A stretch of 64,000 nucleotides of DNA from Candidatus Latescibacterota bacterium (GCA_965204375.1 OZ241986.1:5088001-5152000), one strand, 5' to 3'; counted from the first letter of the stretch, positions 17,839-29,148 are shown. Numbers and translations are program-made. Notes: generated from the letters alone by a model not told the origin.

Positions 17839-19845
17839 TCAGGGATCGCAATGAATCTCGTGCCCCTCTCCGGGAAACCAGAAAACATCGACAAAAACCC
17901 CCAGAAAAACGCCCGCGATATAGCCCATAATCATCCCCAGGAAAAAGGGTGCATAGCGCCGATAGCGTTCCAAACCACCCAACTTCATAATAATCGTCTT
18001 CACACCCCACATCAGGAAAATACTAAAAGAATTATCCTGCATCTCGACCATGCCACAGATCGTAAAACCAATGGGATGGATTGGAAAACCCGGGAAGCGA
18101 TACCGCAGAAAGTAGAGCGTAGCCGTAAAAATGCCGCCTATACCCATAAACAAAAAGCGATTCCAGTCCGTAAACAGCACATCGCCCTGAATTCGAGATA
18201 CAGCCAGCCGACTAAACCCCGCCCCATTGAGAGATCCAATACCCTTAAATGTCGTCCGCCCAAAATTGGCACTGCCAATACCGTAATACCCCTGATAGAT
18301 GACGAAGATGATAACCACCGCCGCACCGAGCAAACAACCGATGAGCACAGTCGGCGCCACGGCTTTGCGGCTGCGCTTTGCCATCGCCATGCTCAACCGC
18401 GGAACATGCGCCATCTGCGTCGTCGCAAACGTCTTCCCATCGGCCACAAGACTCATCGTAAGCGTCAAAATAGAAGCGCCAGCAGGCCCCATATTCCCGA
18501 CGCCGACGGCATGCCATGTAAACCCCGGCGCCGTGAGGGGCACCCGAAGATAGACCAGACCGCTCTCCACCACAATTCGGGACATCCCCACAAACAAAAC
18601 GAGCATCGCAAACGACCAGGCGAGAATCGTCTCCGGCCCCATGCCCGCGCGCCAGAGCCAGAGAAAAACAAAACCGCAACACGTCAGCAAAAGCCAGACA
18701 GCCGTGCGATAGGACATAATCTCTTCGGAATCATCCACGCGCTCATCGCGCAAAAACGCCTTGCGAAAAACATCTCGAAAATGAGACCGCGCAATCCAGA
18801 ATCCCCACCCGACAAAAACGGCCATCCCCCCAAATGTCATCCAGCCAATCGCCGGATGGCTCGAACTCCACGGATCGTTCGGACCCAAATCCAGGCCAAA
18901 GCGGTTGAACAGCCCCACCACACAAATCTGAACCACATGGAAAAACCACAGGCTGAAAAGCACCTCCAGCTTGGTAAAATACCCCAGACAAAACGTGAGC
19001 AACACAAACGTCGTCACAATACTCGGAAAACCCGGCGCCACAGAAATCACATTCCGACCATATCGCCCCGCCAGAAAAGGAAACATCGGCAAATTGACCG
19101 AGAACCACGTGAACACATTCCACGCAATAATGGCAAACGTAAGCCCAAAACCCCATTGAAAAAGCCGATTGCGCACAAGCGTCCTCAGCGTACCCGTCGT
19201 ACCCGAAACACCCGTGAGTTCCAGCAACGCGGTAGCGACCGGAAAAGACAGCCGCTCGTATTCCATCCACTGTTTCCGCAGCAAAACGCTGAGACACAGG
19301 TGAATCGTCAAAATACTCGCAATCAGCGCACCCCACCAGAAAAGCACCGAAAACCACTCGCCCCACGGAAACGCTGCACCGGGCACCTGTCCCTCGTAAA
19401 ATCCGCGCACCGCATCGCGATTGGTAATCGTCGTCCAACTCGGCATATAGGGCAGAAGAAGCTCGTCGAACCGATTCTCTGGCGACGCGTAATACGCAGG
19501 CATCGTCAGCATCTGCAAAAACCACACCGTGAGCCACTCGCCCTGCATAGTAGATGCGACAAAACCGATACAGCAAACCGTGAGCAATTCCGTTGGAGAA
19601 AACCCGATACCGCGCCGCTCGAGAAAAGCGTTCAGAATCAGAAGCCCCACAAAAGGAATGAGCATCGCCATCGAAAGATGCGAATGGTCAGCCCGCGTTG
19701 AATTCACCACAAAGCTGGTATAAGTCGGCCACAGGGGCATGAGCACAGCCATACCCAGCCCAATCAGGAGGGATCGTTTGGTAATAACGGAAGAGCCTTC
19801 GGCCGTTTCGCCTTTGGACAGGCGTGGTTCTGGAGATGCGGACAT
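17839..19845 (-). CDS. multi-pass membrane protein (DUF6785/DUF6784-like putative transporter)
   Basis: Many TM segments, LRKQWMEYERLSFP, FPIHPIGF, PFFLGMIMG. Confidence 0.75.
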   Translation of the reverse strand: MSASPEPRLSKGETAEGSSVITKRSLLIGLGMAVLMPLWPTYTSFVVNSTRADHSHLSMAMLIPFVGLLILNAFLERRGIGFSPTELLTVCCIGFVASTMQGEWLTVWFLQMLTMPAYYASPENRFDELLLPYMPSWTTITNRDAVRGFYEGQVPGAAFPWGEWFSVLFWWGALIASILTIHLCLSVLLRKQWMEYERLSFPVATALLELTGVSGTTGTLRTLVRNRLFQWGFGLTFAIIAWNVFTWFSVNLPMFPFLAGRYGRNVISVAPGFPSIVTTFVLLTFCLGYFTKLEVLFSLWFFHVVQICVVGLFNRFGLDLGPNDPWSSSHPAIGWMTFGGMAVFVGWGFWIARSHFRDVFRKAFLRDERVDDSEEIMSYRTAVWLLLTCCGFVFLWLWRAGMGPETILAWSFAMLVLFVGMSRIVVESGLVYLRVPLTAPGFTWHAVGVGNMGPAGASILTLTMSLVADGKTFATTQMAHVPRLSMAMAKRSRKAVAPTVLIGCLLGAAVVIIFVIYQGYYGIGSANFGRTTFKGIGSLNGAGFSRLAVSRIQGDVLFTDWNRFLFMGIGGIFTATLYFLRYRFPGFPIHPIGFTICGMVEMQDNSFSIFLMWGVKTIIMKLGGLERYRRYAPFFLGMIMGYIAGVFLGVFVDVFWFPGEGHEIHCDP

Positions 19846-19848
19846 AGA

Positions 19849-20832
19849 CTACTCTTCATTAACCGCTTGCAGCAGCGCGTGGATATACCCATACGTGTAC
19901 GCAAAACCGACCTGCCTGGATTCAGGACCAGAAATACCCGGAACGTGATCGGGCATAATCATATATTCGTAGCCTACTTCTTTGAACGTCCGCAAGGCCT
20001 TGAGCATATCCACATCGCCCTCATCGGGGAACACCTCGACAAAATTGCGAAGACCGCCCTTGATATTGCGGAAATGCACATTGAAAATTTTCTTGCGCTC
20101 TCCAAAATAACGGATCACATCATAGGCGTCCGCACTGGGATCTTCCAGGCTCTCGGACATACAGCCCAGGCAGAAATTCAACCCATTGTACGGACTATCG
20201 TACAAATCGATAAACTTCTTAAACCCATCCACCATACCGAGCACGCGCGCGACCCCCCGATACGTCGTTCCATATCCGATACCCGGATCCGAAGGATGAC
20301 ACGCCATCTGGATCTTGTACTCCTCCGCCACGGGCATAATATTCTGCAGCCAGTGATCAATGCGCGCCCACATCTCATCTTCATCCGCAGCACCGCCTTC
20401 AAACTCGCCCAGAGACTGATCCAATTTGTCGTATTCAAACGACGACAACCTCGCACCCCCGCGTCCGTATCGGGGCTCTGTCCGCATATGCCCCAAAATC
20501 GTGATATTGTAATTGAGTCCTCGCAGTCCCGCTTCCGCCGCCATTCTAACCGTCTCGCACATGCGCTCAATGGCCCGGTCACGTTCATCGCTTGGCCCCA
20601 GGAAAATCGCGCCAGCTTCGTTTTGGAAAGCATTGCTGGAACCCAACGGAATGTGAATCATCTCGAGATTAATACCGTATTTATCATACCGATCGCGCAT
20701 GGACTTAATCACATCGGCAGTCCACTCCGCCCAGGGTCCCTCCGGCGTCTGATCGACATTAAAAACCCCGAGTTGCGCGAGAACCTCGATATCCGTGTCG
20801 TCTCGACAACCCACCTGCGTTCCGATATACAT
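19849..20832 (-). CDS. mannonate dehydratase (UxuA)-family protein
   Basis: PVAEEYKIQMACHPSDP, NGLNFCLG, VHFRN, MPDHVP; RBS GGAGG. Confidence 0.85.
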   Translation of the reverse strand: MYIGTQVGCRDDTDIEVLAQLGVFNVDQTPEGPWAEWTADVIKSMRDRYDKYGINLEMIHIPLGSSNAFQNEAGAIFLGPSDERDRAIERMCETVRMAAEAGLRGLNYNITILGHMRTEPRYGRGGARLSSFEYDKLDQSLGEFEGGAADEDEMWARIDHWLQNIMPVAEEYKIQMACHPSDPGIGYGTTYRGVARVLGMVDGFKKFIDLYDSPYNGLNFCLGCMSESLEDPSADAYDVIRYFGERKKIFNVHFRNIKGGLRNFVEVFPDEGDVDMLKALRTFKEVGYEYMIMPDHVPGISGPESRQVGFAYTYGYIHALLQAVNEE

Positions 20833-20881
20833 GGTAACCTCCAATTTGTGAAGTTAGAACTGCAATAATGCGTTAAATGCC

Positions 20882-20910
20882 AAAATAAGTTCCGATTCTC
20901 TCAATGTCAA
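20882..20910 (-). promoter_or_regulatory. putative sigma70 promoter
   Basis: TTGACA-17-TATTTT on the minus strand upstream of the UxuA-like gene. Confidence 0.5.
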
Positions 20911-20932
20911 TGTGTATGATTTGAAGCCCGAT

Positions 20933-20972
20933 AATAAAAGCCCTGGAGCAATAAGCTATAGGGCTTTTATTT
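20933..20972. terminator. probable bidirectional terminator
   Basis: aataaaagccct...agggcttttatt inverted repeat with A/T tracts. Confidence 0.65.
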
Positions 20973-21073
20973 TTTGTAACGATCAGCGGTCAGCTAAAAA
21001 TTTTTTGGATCGCGGCTCAAGCATGTCCCCGCATGATGTTGAGCAGGGAATCCTGCCGCGATGACAACCTTCC

Positions 21074-21105
21074 TTCACACTTCTCACTTCCTACTTCACA
21101 CTTCT
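21074..21105. repeat. heptamer tandem repeat (TTCACAC-like)
   Basis: ttcacac ttctcac ttcctac ttcacac ttct next to the stop codon of the Ldh_2 gene. Confidence 0.75.
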
Positions 21106-22106
21106 CAATCCCAGGGCAGCGGCACCCCCAGACGCGCGCCAACCTCGCGTGCGTTTTCCTGTTCCATCTCGCCATAGCGAATACCCTCGGCCCGATGGAT
21201 CGCCATGCGCTCTTCTTCAATCGCCCCCGGCAGCAACGCGCGGTCATGTCCCGGCATCGGCTCGTACGTCTCGCGCACCGTTCTCACCATGTGATCTGAC
21301 TCAGCCCGGAAAACCTCTTCGGAAACCGCCTGATCAACGCGGATCGCAAGAACACAACCACCCGCACCTGACGAGGGCCATTTTTCTTTCATCTCGTGAG
21401 AAGACGGAAGACTGGCACCCGCCAATCCACCCCCCATAATCGAAGCCACAGCCGTGTACCCAATACTCTTAAAAAACGCCGCCGGAATCATCTCGAACAA
21501 AGCCTCATACTCCGGACCCCGCTGGTAATCGGCCAAAATACAGGTCGCCGCATCCAGAACAATCGGAGGCTCATCCCCAGAGGGAATCGCAAAACATATT
21601 GGCGGATTGCCAAAATAGCCGAGAAGCGGTCCCCTGCCATCCCTCTTTGCATTGCCCTGCTGTCTGCCCTGTACGCAAAAACCAATACACCCCGCCTCGG
21701 AACACATCCTCGCATAATGACCCGCCGAACCAATATGTCCCACATGTCGCGCCAGCCCCATACCCATACCGACCTCCTGAGCCTTGCGAATCGCGTGCTC
21801 TGCTGCGCGCACCATCGGGAGATACCCCACCGTACCATCCCCATCAATAACAGCACACGTCGGCGTCTCGCCGATTACCCGCACATTGGGACGCGGATTG
21901 AGACTCCCATTTTCAAAACTCTTGCAATAGCCATTAACCGTGCGCGTACCGTGGCTGCGAACACCTCGCAGATCGCTATTGACCAGAAGGCGGCTGATCA
22001 CCCGCGCGTGCTCGGTCTCAAGCCCCGCCTTTTCAAAACAAGCTGTGGCAAAATCGAGAAGGCGATCTTCCTGGACCTGAACAAATGATTCGGGAGGTTG
22101 ATTCAT
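21105..22106 (-). CDS. Ldh_2-family (malate/L-lactate/sulfolactate-type) oxidoreductase
   Basis: SDLRGVRSHG, HIGSAGHYA, GNPPICFAIP, VLDAAT; the ORF-track N-extension overlaps the next gene and was trimmed. Confidence 0.85.
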   Translation of the reverse strand: MNQPPESFVQVQEDRLLDFATACFEKAGLETEHARVISRLLVNSDLRGVRSHGTRTVNGYCKSFENGSLNPRPNVRVIGETPTCAVIDGDGTVGYLPMVRAAEHAIRKAQEVGMGMGLARHVGHIGSAGHYARMCSEAGCIGFCVQGRQQGNAKRDGRGPLLGYFGNPPICFAIPSGDEPPIVLDAATCILADYQRGPEYEALFEMIPAAFFKSIGYTAVASIMGGGLAGASLPSSHEMKEKWPSSGAGGCVLAIRVDQAVSEEVFRAESDHMVRTVRETYEPMPGHDRALLPGAIEEERMAIHRAEGIRYGEMEQENAREVGARLGVPLPWD

Positions 22107-22143
22107 AGGAATAATCCAAAAGTAAAAAGTGAAAGAACGACCT

Positions 22144-22977
22144 CTAAGACCACAAATAAACCTCGGGATCGTCCTCAGACATGCCGATAAACGACGCCAG
22201 CACAACGCGGGGTTGAGAGCCGACGACAAAAGGAACTTCGTGAATCGTCTCAGAATAAAAAAAGTAGAGATCCCCCGGCTCCAGATTGATCTGCACGCGC
22301 GCAATCCCCTCCTCCTCCGCGTACTCGCGAAACCGCCTCTCCTCGAGAGGGCGTTGAAACGCTGGCGACATAGGTGCCCTGTACAGAATACCCTCGCCGC
22401 TATCCCCCCGATCCTCGCTATTCTGAAAACAGAGCACGCCTGCAAACTGATGTCTAAACCGGGAAACCGTGAAATTATAGCGTTTGGACCGCTTGGACAC
22501 GGAATCGTAATGCGGATAATGCCCCACACCCTCGTGATAAGTTCTAAAAATAGAGGGACCGTAAAGACGCCCATCAACGCTCCGAGCCGTCATAACCCGC
22601 TTGTCTGGAAGCATCCTGGCAAGCGCGTCGTACAGCGTCTTCACGGGATCCTCATACCCATCAAACAAATATGAGAAAAGATCGAGCGTCTGACGAGAAT
22701 GTTCGTAAAAAGCATCTGGATCATTCCCGTGGTGACCCAGACTCGTACCGATATCAACCCGCCGAGGACTGCCATCACCCACCTTGCGCGGATCGTAGAG
22801 CAAATCGCGTTCATAGAACCGCTCAATAAGTTTCGCACAGTGATCCGATGGAAACGCGCAACGCACGATAACAGCGGGAATCTCGCTCGCCATCATCGCA
22901 TCGAACGGCCGCGGAACCTGCGCGAGAATCTCATCAACCGTGCCCTCGACAGGGGACCAGATCGCTGTTTGAGACAT
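22144..22977 (-). CDS. putative 2OG-Fe(II) oxygenase
   Basis: HYD...PGDLYFF...IHEV...R facial-triad pattern. Confidence 0.65.
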   Translation of the reverse strand: MSQTAIWSPVEGTVDEILAQVPRPFDAMMASEIPAVIVRCAFPSDHCAKLIERFYERDLLYDPRKVGDGSPRRVDIGTSLGHHGNDPDAFYEHSRQTLDLFSYLFDGYEDPVKTLYDALARMLPDKRVMTARSVDGRLYGPSIFRTYHEGVGHYPHYDSVSKRSKRYNFTVSRFRHQFAGVLCFQNSEDRGDSGEGILYRAPMSPAFQRPLEERRFREYAEEEGIARVQINLEPGDLYFFYSETIHEVPFVVGSQPRVVLASFIGMSEDDPEVYLWS

Positions 22978-22998
22978 CGTAATTTCTCCTTACACAGC

Positions 22999-24093
22999 TT
23001 AAGACACAGAACTCAAAGGCTCTGAAATCGCGGCAATTTTCTCCTCATCCAATTCCATCCCCAACCCCGGACCTTCAGGTACAATCACATAACCATTCTC
23101 GTATTGTATGCGCTCCTTAACCACATCGCTCTCGTACAGCAACCCACCTGTTGGATCGCCCGGATAATCGAGATTCTCCACCACAGAACCAAACGTCGCC
23201 TGAGCCGCCACGCCAATGGACAACTCCTGCGTCGTACCCACCAGACACGACAGACCAGCCGCATCGGCCACCTGCGCGATATGCAGCGCATTTGTGAACC
23301 CGCCCGCACCCGACAAACTGATATTAAAAATATCGACATACCGGTGCCGGGCAAACTGATAGGCCTGATCCAGTGAACTGACGTGCTCACTAATCGGCAA
23401 ATCAATGCGCTTGCGCACCTCGTATTGGCCCTCCAGATCTCTCCGGTCAGAAACGGATTCCAGATGAAAAGGCCTGTAGTACCTCAGCAAAACATCCAGC
23501 GCCTGCACCACCCGTTTCCACTTGTGTGCGCCGCTAAAGTCGAGAGACTTCAACACAAACTGATCGCCCCAGGACGACTTCACCCCATCCAAAAAAATCT
23601 CATCTGCCGCCACATTGCCCCCGTGATACAGCCGAAACAGATCCTGACCCTCTTTCATCCTGCGATTGACCCGCGCGATATTCGCCTCGGCATCTTCCCT
23701 GGAATAATTCCTGAAAATCGGATAACACACGCGCCACTTATCCCTCAGCGCCCCGCCAAACACACCCGCAACCGACTGCCCCTGAATCTTGCCGATCAAA
23801 TCAAAAAGACCGATCTCAAACCCCGCTCGAATCGCCCCACCCATTCGGAACCGAGACCTCGCTTCAATGGTGATCGTACGCCACGCCAGCGGATCCTTTC
23901 CCACGAGCAACGACTCGTAGGCACCCTTGACATCATTGAGATCGTACATCACGCCCCAATCGCCCACATCGGACATCTCTCCCAGACCGATCAATCCCTC
24001 ATCCGTATGCATGCGAATAATGACGTGGCGAGACAAATGCCCCGTCTCACGCCTCGATGCAACAGGGGTCAAATCAACACTCGTGATCTTCAT
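22999..24093 (-). CDS. mandelate racemase/muconate cycloisomerase family protein
   Basis: GLIGLGE, LFDLIGK, PEGPGLGMELDEE; divergent catalytic positions. Confidence 0.8.
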   Translation of the reverse strand: MKITSVDLTPVASRRETGHLSRHVIIRMHTDEGLIGLGEMSDVGDWGVMYDLNDVKGAYESLLVGKDPLAWRTITIEARSRFRMGGAIRAGFEIGLFDLIGKIQGQSVAGVFGGALRDKWRVCYPIFRNYSREDAEANIARVNRRMKEGQDLFRLYHGGNVAADEIFLDGVKSSWGDQFVLKSLDFSGAHKWKRVVQALDVLLRYYRPFHLESVSDRRDLEGQYEVRKRIDLPISEHVSSLDQAYQFARHRYVDIFNISLSGAGGFTNALHIAQVADAAGLSCLVGTTQELSIGVAAQATFGSVVENLDYPGDPTGGLLYESDVVKERIQYENGYVIVPEGPGLGMELDEEKIAAISEPLSSVS

Positions 24094-24262
24094 AATAATC
24101 CTCCTCTGGTCAATACCAGCCAAGGGGTGTACAACACCGCCAAAAATTCATCCACATGACGCATAAACAGCGTCCTGGCGTCTCAACCTCAAACTAACGC
24201 ATTTTTCAGGCAATATCAAGTAATACTGGAGATTAGGGACTGGGGCTGGTTGGGCTACCGCT

Positions 24263-25087
24263 TCAATACTTTCGCGCCAGCGGATCTGCACCGAGAACAT
24301 TGGGATGGGCAATTGCATTGCGGAGGGCTGTATAGAGGGGATGGAGACACTCGACATTTTGCGCGAGGGATCGTATCACAAAAAGATCGGGTCTGGGGGA
24401 AGCAAAGGAAAGCAAGAGCGAATCCCGCGAGGGTTTCAACAAAGGAGCGAGCGATTGGGAAAGACTTTCAACCAGACAGCTAAAACGCGCGGAAATACCC
24501 GCAACAAAAATATTAAAAACAACATTATAGGCCCCAAACGCACCCGTATATGCCGGCGACAACATCTCCGGCGCGGAATAATAGCGCTCCAATAGAACCG
24601 GGCGTTCGGCCGTATGCACAGTAATATCAGACCGGTAACTCGTGTACCCAAAACACTCCCCAAAAGCCATGCGTCCAGCCGTATGACCATCGGCGAGCAC
24701 CAGACATGCGTCAGACCCCAGATGCCACGTCTGCTCCTGCTCAAAAACACTTCGCGCATAAGGGACAACGGGATCGGGCAAAACAACGGCAAGGCCCCCG
24801 GCTTCCACCTCACCGATAATTATTTGTTTACACGGAATACCATTAGGACTCTTATAAACTTTGGTAAACGCCTGAGTCCCCAGATAAAGAGCCGCCCCCT
24901 CACCACAACGCACACACAGCGTCGTCGCATCCCCCTCGACCATACCGCCCCCATAACTGGAAAGCACAACAGCGCAATAATCGCCCTGTGCGGCGGGATT
25001 GAGCAACTTCAAAGGCGCGACTGAGCGACAGGCAGTAAGGACAGAACGGGAACCATTACGGGTCACTTCAATTTGGGAAGGAAGCAA
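24263..25087 (-). CDS. ureD: urease accessory protein UreD
   Basis: PLKLLNP, SYGGGMVEGD, TQAFTKVYK, PDPVVPY; start codon uncertain. Confidence 0.88.
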   Translation of the reverse strand: MLPSQIEVTRNGSRSVLTACRSVAPLKLLNPAAQGDYCAVVLSSYGGGMVEGDATTLCVRCGEGAALYLGTQAFTKVYKSPNGIPCKQIIIGEVEAGGLAVVLPDPVVPYARSVFEQEQTWHLGSDACLVLADGHTAGRMAFGECFGYTSYRSDITVHTAERPVLLERYYSAPEMLSPAYTGAFGAYNVVFNIFVAGISARFSCLVESLSQSLAPLLKPSRDSLLLSFASPRPDLFVIRSLAQNVECLHPLYTALRNAIAHPNVLGADPLARKY

Positions 25088-25169
25088 TTCTTAATTCTCA
25101 ATTTTTAATTTTTAATTCACAGAACAGACTTGCGTGCGTGGGGAATATGCATACGCCTTTCATCCGCGT

Positions 25170-25898
25170 TCATCTGCGTTCATCTGCGGATACAACAGAC
25201 CTGCGCGCATGGAGAACATGCTCAATAATCTCATCGAGACCAGACCCGTGTTTCAAACAGGCAAAAATCGTGGGACCATCTCCGCGCATCTTCTTTGCAT
25301 CCCGCGCCATAACCCCCAGATCTGCGCCAATGAGACCGGCGAGATCGGTCTTATTGATAACCAACAAATCCGATTGCGTAATCCCCGGACCCCCTTTTCG
25401 GGGAATCTTATCCCCAGCGGACACATCAATCACATAAATCGCGTAATCGACAAGCTCCTTGCTAAAATGCGCCGCCAGATTATCGCCACCACTCTCCACA
25501 AAAAGCAGATCGATATCGCACGCAAATCGGAACATCAGATCCTCAAGCGCGTTCAAATTCAGCGAAATATCTTCCCGAATAGCTGCATGCGGGCATCCGC
25601 CCGTCTCAACCCCAATAATGCGATTCGCCTCAAGCGCCTTGTGACGCAAGAGAAACTCGGCATCCTCCCGCGTAAAAATATCATTCGTAACCACACCGAG
25701 ACTATAGCGTTCACGCAGAGCTTCGCACAGCACGCGAACAAGAGCCGTCTTCCCCGTCCCCACCGGACCACCAACCCCCACGGTAAACGCGCGCTGTGAA
25801 AAATCGCGATCGCCGAGAACCGACTCGCGCAGGGCAAAGTCACCCGGAGATTCAAAAGGCTCATGAGAATGATCGTGATGATGATTGTGATTATGCAT
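25170..25898 (-). CDS. ureG: urease accessory GTPase UreG with His-rich N-terminus
   Basis: [27 protein letters not shown]. Confidence 0.95.
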   Translation of the reverse strand: MHNHNHHHDHSHEPFESPGDFALRESVLGDRDFSQRAFTVGVGGPVGTGKTALVRVLCEALRERYSLGVVTNDIFTREDAEFLLRHKALEANRIIGVETGGCPHAAIREDISLNLNALEDLMFRFACDIDLLFVESGGDNLAAHFSKELVDYAIYVIDVSAGDKIPRKGGPGITQSDLLVINKTDLAGLIGADLGVMARDAKKMRGDGPTIFACLKHGSGLDEIIEHVLHARRSVVSADERR

Positions 25899-25908
25899 AG
25901 CAAATCCC

Positions 25909-26577
25909 CTAACTCTGAAACAACCGCGAATACAGATACTCGTGCATACCCTGTGCAATATCCCATTGGGGTGCACAGCGCGTCGCACGCGTATAATCTG
26001 CCTGCGCGACAGAAGTCATAGCTCTAATCGCTGTCTTGTGATGGCGTTTTTGCAACCGCGCGGCTTCGAGGGGACCGATCTGCCCCAGGCGAACAGCCGC
26101 ACTGACCTGATCGCGCAAAAACTGATACATAAAAATCCGGCATGTATGCCCGCGTTTAAGACCCGCAATCCGAAATGTCGTACCAAAAACAATCGTATAA
26201 TGAGCCGGCACAGGTTGCGAAAGTAATATTTTGTGCAACCTCGCCATCGCATCGGAAAAATACAAATCGCGCATCAAACGCAACAAATTGCGTCCCTGCA
26301 CCTCACTCCCGCGGACAATCGCCGGAGCCGTAAGCATCGCGTCGTAAGTCAGCAGAATATTGGTCAAATCTGCGGGAATCGGATCACCCTTAAAACACGC
26401 ATTAATAAACGGAACCTCACTTCTCGCCGTCGCGTGAATCACCGTTTGCAGATACGCATCCAGATCATCAGAAGACCGCAACAACCCCATCTGTTTGGTC
26501 GCCTCCAGACCATTGGAAAATGCGTATCCACCCGTAGGGAAATTGCTATCGGCAAGTGTGAGAAGATCGAATAACAT
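25909..26577 (-). CDS. ureF: urease accessory protein UreF
   Basis: [24 protein letters not shown]-terminal YSRLFQS. Confidence 0.92.
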   Translation of the reverse strand: MLFDLLTLADSNFPTGGYAFSNGLEATKQMGLLRSSDDLDAYLQTVIHATARSEVPFINACFKGDPIPADLTNILLTYDAMLTAPAIVRGSEVQGRNLLRLMRDLYFSDAMARLHKILLSQPVPAHYTIVFGTTFRIAGLKRGHTCRIFMYQFLRDQVSAAVRLGQIGPLEAARLQKRHHKTAIRAMTSVAQADYTRATRCAPQWDIAQGMHEYLYSRLFQS

Positions 26578-26630
26578 AATTAAAGGCGGTGAGACGTAAA
26601 ACGTGAGACGACCACCCAACCAGCCCCTTT

Positions 26631-26662
26631 TCATCTGCGTTCATCTGCGTTCATCTGCGGAT
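26631..26662. repeat. decamer tandem repeat TTCATCTGCG x3 (related tracts near 25160-25190, 17771-17796, 31791-31809)
   Basis: Directly visible. Confidence 0.8.
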
Positions 26663-26680
26663 ACTTTTAGCCTTATCCCA

Positions 26681-28384
26681 TCAAAACAAATTATAAAGCT
26701 GTGCCAGCGGCAATTTCTCCGCCGCCTCACAGGTAAGTAACTCGCCATCAACCGTAACGCTATAAGTCTCCGGATCGATATGAATATCGGGAATAAAATC
26801 ATTGAGCTTCATATCCCTCTTCCCAATACCCCGACAATTGGACACTGCAACAACGCCTTTGGACAAATTGTAAGACGCAACGGTCTCCAGCGAAGCCCGG
26901 GAGACAAAAGCGAGAGACGCAGAACCCACGGCATTGCCATAAGCGCCGAACATAGGACGCGGATACACGGGTTGCGGCGTGGGAATCGAGGCATTGGGAT
27001 CGCCCATCTGTGAATACGCAATTATGCCCCCCTTAATCACCATCTCGGGTTTTGCACCAAAAAAAGCAGGCTTCCAGAGCGCGAGGTCCGCGAGTTTACC
27101 CACCTCAACCGAACCGATATGATCGCTCAAACCATGAGCCGTCGCGGGATTAATCGTGTACTTGGCGATATACCGCTTCACGCGCCCATTATCATTTCCC
27201 CCATCGCCGTTCAATGCACCGCGCTGCTCGCGCATCTTATGGGCAGTCTGCCATGTGCGACAAATAACCTCCCCCACGCGCCCCATCGCCTGACTATCCG
27301 ATGCAATAATCGACAGCGCCCCCATATCGTGCAAAATATCTTCTGCCGCAATCGTCTCCTGCCGGATCCGACTCTCGGCAAAAGCCACATCCTCGGGTAT
27401 ATTCTTATCCAGATGATGGCACACCATGAGCATATCGAGATGCTCGTCAATCGTATTCGCCGTAAAAGGCCGCGTGGGATTCGTAGATGAAGGCAAAACA
27501 TTCGCCTCGCCACAAAGACGCATAATATCCGGCGCGTGTCCCCCACCCGCACCCTCCGTGTGATACGTGTGAATCGTGCGCCCCTTAAAAGCCGCACAAC
27601 TCTGTTCCACAAAACCCGACTCATTGAGCGTATCGGTGTGGATCGCCACCTGAACATCGTATTCTTCGGCAACCGAGAGACAGGAATCAATAGCCGCAGG
27701 CGTCGTACCCCAGTCCTCGTGGAGTTTGAGACCACAAGCCCCACCCTCAATCTGTTCAATAAGCCCTTGCGGAAGCGAAGAATTGCCCTTGCCCAAAAAT
27801 CCAAAATTGAGGGGAAAGGCATCACTCGACTCCAGCATCATGCGAATGTGATGCGTCCCCGGTGTACACGTCGTGGCATTGGTCCCCGTCGCCGGACCCG
27901 TGCCGCCACCGAGCATCGTCGTAATACCCGAAGCAATCGCCTCCTCAACTTGCTGAGGACAAATAAAATGGACATGCACATCGAGCGCACCAGCCGTGAG
28001 TATATGACCTTCGCCCGCGATAACCTCGGTCGTAACCCCCACGATGAGATCGGGATTAACACCCGACATAATATCGGGATTACCCGCTTTGCCAATACCG
28101 GCGATACGCCCGTCTTTAATCCCAATATCCGCTTTGTATATCCCCGTATAATCAACGACAAGCGCATTCGTAATCACGAGATCCAGCGCCTTATCCTGCG
28201 ACACGCCCGTAGCCTGGCCCATGCCATCGCGCAGCACCTTACCCCCGCCAAACTTGCATTCATCGCCGTAAATCGTATAATCGTTTTCCACTTCAACGAC
28301 AAGATGGGTATCGCCCAATTGAACGCGGTCTCCCGTAGTGGGACCGTACATACTGGCATAAGCGATTCGATCAATTTGAGACAT
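26681..28384 (-). CDS. ureC: urease alpha (catalytic) subunit
   Basis: [54 protein letters not shown]. Confidence 0.97.
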   Translation of the reverse strand: MSQIDRIAYASMYGPTTGDRVQLGDTHLVVEVENDYTIYGDECKFGGGKVLRDGMGQATGVSQDKALDLVITNALVVDYTGIYKADIGIKDGRIAGIGKAGNPDIMSGVNPDLIVGVTTEVIAGEGHILTAGALDVHVHFICPQQVEEAIASGITTMLGGGTGPATGTNATTCTPGTHHIRMMLESSDAFPLNFGFLGKGNSSLPQGLIEQIEGGACGLKLHEDWGTTPAAIDSCLSVAEEYDVQVAIHTDTLNESGFVEQSCAAFKGRTIHTYHTEGAGGGHAPDIMRLCGEANVLPSSTNPTRPFTANTIDEHLDMLMVCHHLDKNIPEDVAFAESRIRQETIAAEDILHDMGALSIIASDSQAMGRVGEVICRTWQTAHKMREQRGALNGDGGNDNGRVKRYIAKYTINPATAHGLSDHIGSVEVGKLADLALWKPAFFGAKPEMVIKGGIIAYSQMGDPNASIPTPQPVYPRPMFGAYGNAVGSASLAFVSRASLETVASYNLSKGVVAVSNCRGIGKRDMKLNDFIPDIHIDPETYSVTVDGELLTCEAAEKLPLAQLYNLF

Positions 28385-29135
28385 TTGGAATCCCCTTAAA
28401 TCCACCATCTCCCGCTCTTTGCAAAGCCTCCGCCTTATTCTCATCGATCTGCCCCGAAATAAGGCCATTTCCCCCATAGACCGTGCGGTTGCCGGCAATA
28501 GCCACGAGATTGACCGTCCTGCTCTCGCCGGGTTCAAAACGCACGGCAGTACCAGATGGAATATCGAGACGGAAGCCATAAGCTTTTTCGCGATCAAACG
28601 AAAGCGCGGGATTAACTTCAAAAAATGTATAATGCGAACCCACCTGTATCGGGCGATCACCGGTATTGGTCACAGAAAGAGAAATGGTCTCCCGGTCCGC
28701 ATTGAGAGTAATCGGATCCGCAGCCGTAGTCCCGGTACCCGGCATTTCTGAAACCGTATTATCCGGTGACCAGGGCGCGCGGACGCGCGTAAGCCCCGAA
28801 CCGTACAACGCGAGTTCAGAATCGCCTTCCACACGACAAATAGGATGGTGAACCGTCACAAGTTTCGTCCCGTCGGGAAACGTACCCTCCACCTGCACCT
28901 CGTGAACCATATCCGGAACACCGGGCAAAACATCTTCCGTACCCAACAACTGCTTGCCCTTGTCCATAAGCGTGGCAACGGACTCGCCATCGCGGATAAA
29001 TTCGAGAAGCTGTGCCGCGATAAGCGATACAGCTTCCGGGTAATTGAGACGCAAGCCCCGGGCATACCGCTTCTGCGCGAGAAAACCAGCGTTGTGAAGC
29101 ATCAATTTGTCAATTTCTTTAGGCGATAAATACAT
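28371..29135 (-). CDS. ureA: fused urease gamma-beta subunit
   Basis: Gamma motifs LNYPEA and [17 protein letters not shown]; beta motifs [13 protein letters not shown] and [15 protein letters not shown]. Confidence 0.95.
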   Translation of the reverse strand: MYLSPKEIDKLMLHNAGFLAQKRYARGLRLNYPEAVSLIAAQLLEFIRDGESVATLMDKGKQLLGTEDVLPGVPDMVHEVQVEGTFPDGTKLVTVHHPICRVEGDSELALYGSGLTRVRAPWSPDNTVSEMPGTGTTAADPITLNADRETISLSVTNTGDRPIQVGSHYTFFEVNPALSFDREKAYGFRLDIPSGTAVRFEPGESRTVNLVAIAGNRTVYGGNGLISGQIDENKAEALQRAGDGGFKGIPNVSN

Positions 29136-29148
29136 GGAAAATCCCTGC

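Noticed and set aside
17656-19701. 681-aa plus-strand ORF
   Set aside because: Antisense shadow of the membrane protein; Arg/His/Lys-rich with no motifs
22107-22577. N-terminal extension of the 490-aa Ldh_2 ORF
   Set aside because: Overlaps the oxygenase gene in another frame; family similarity begins at MNQPP
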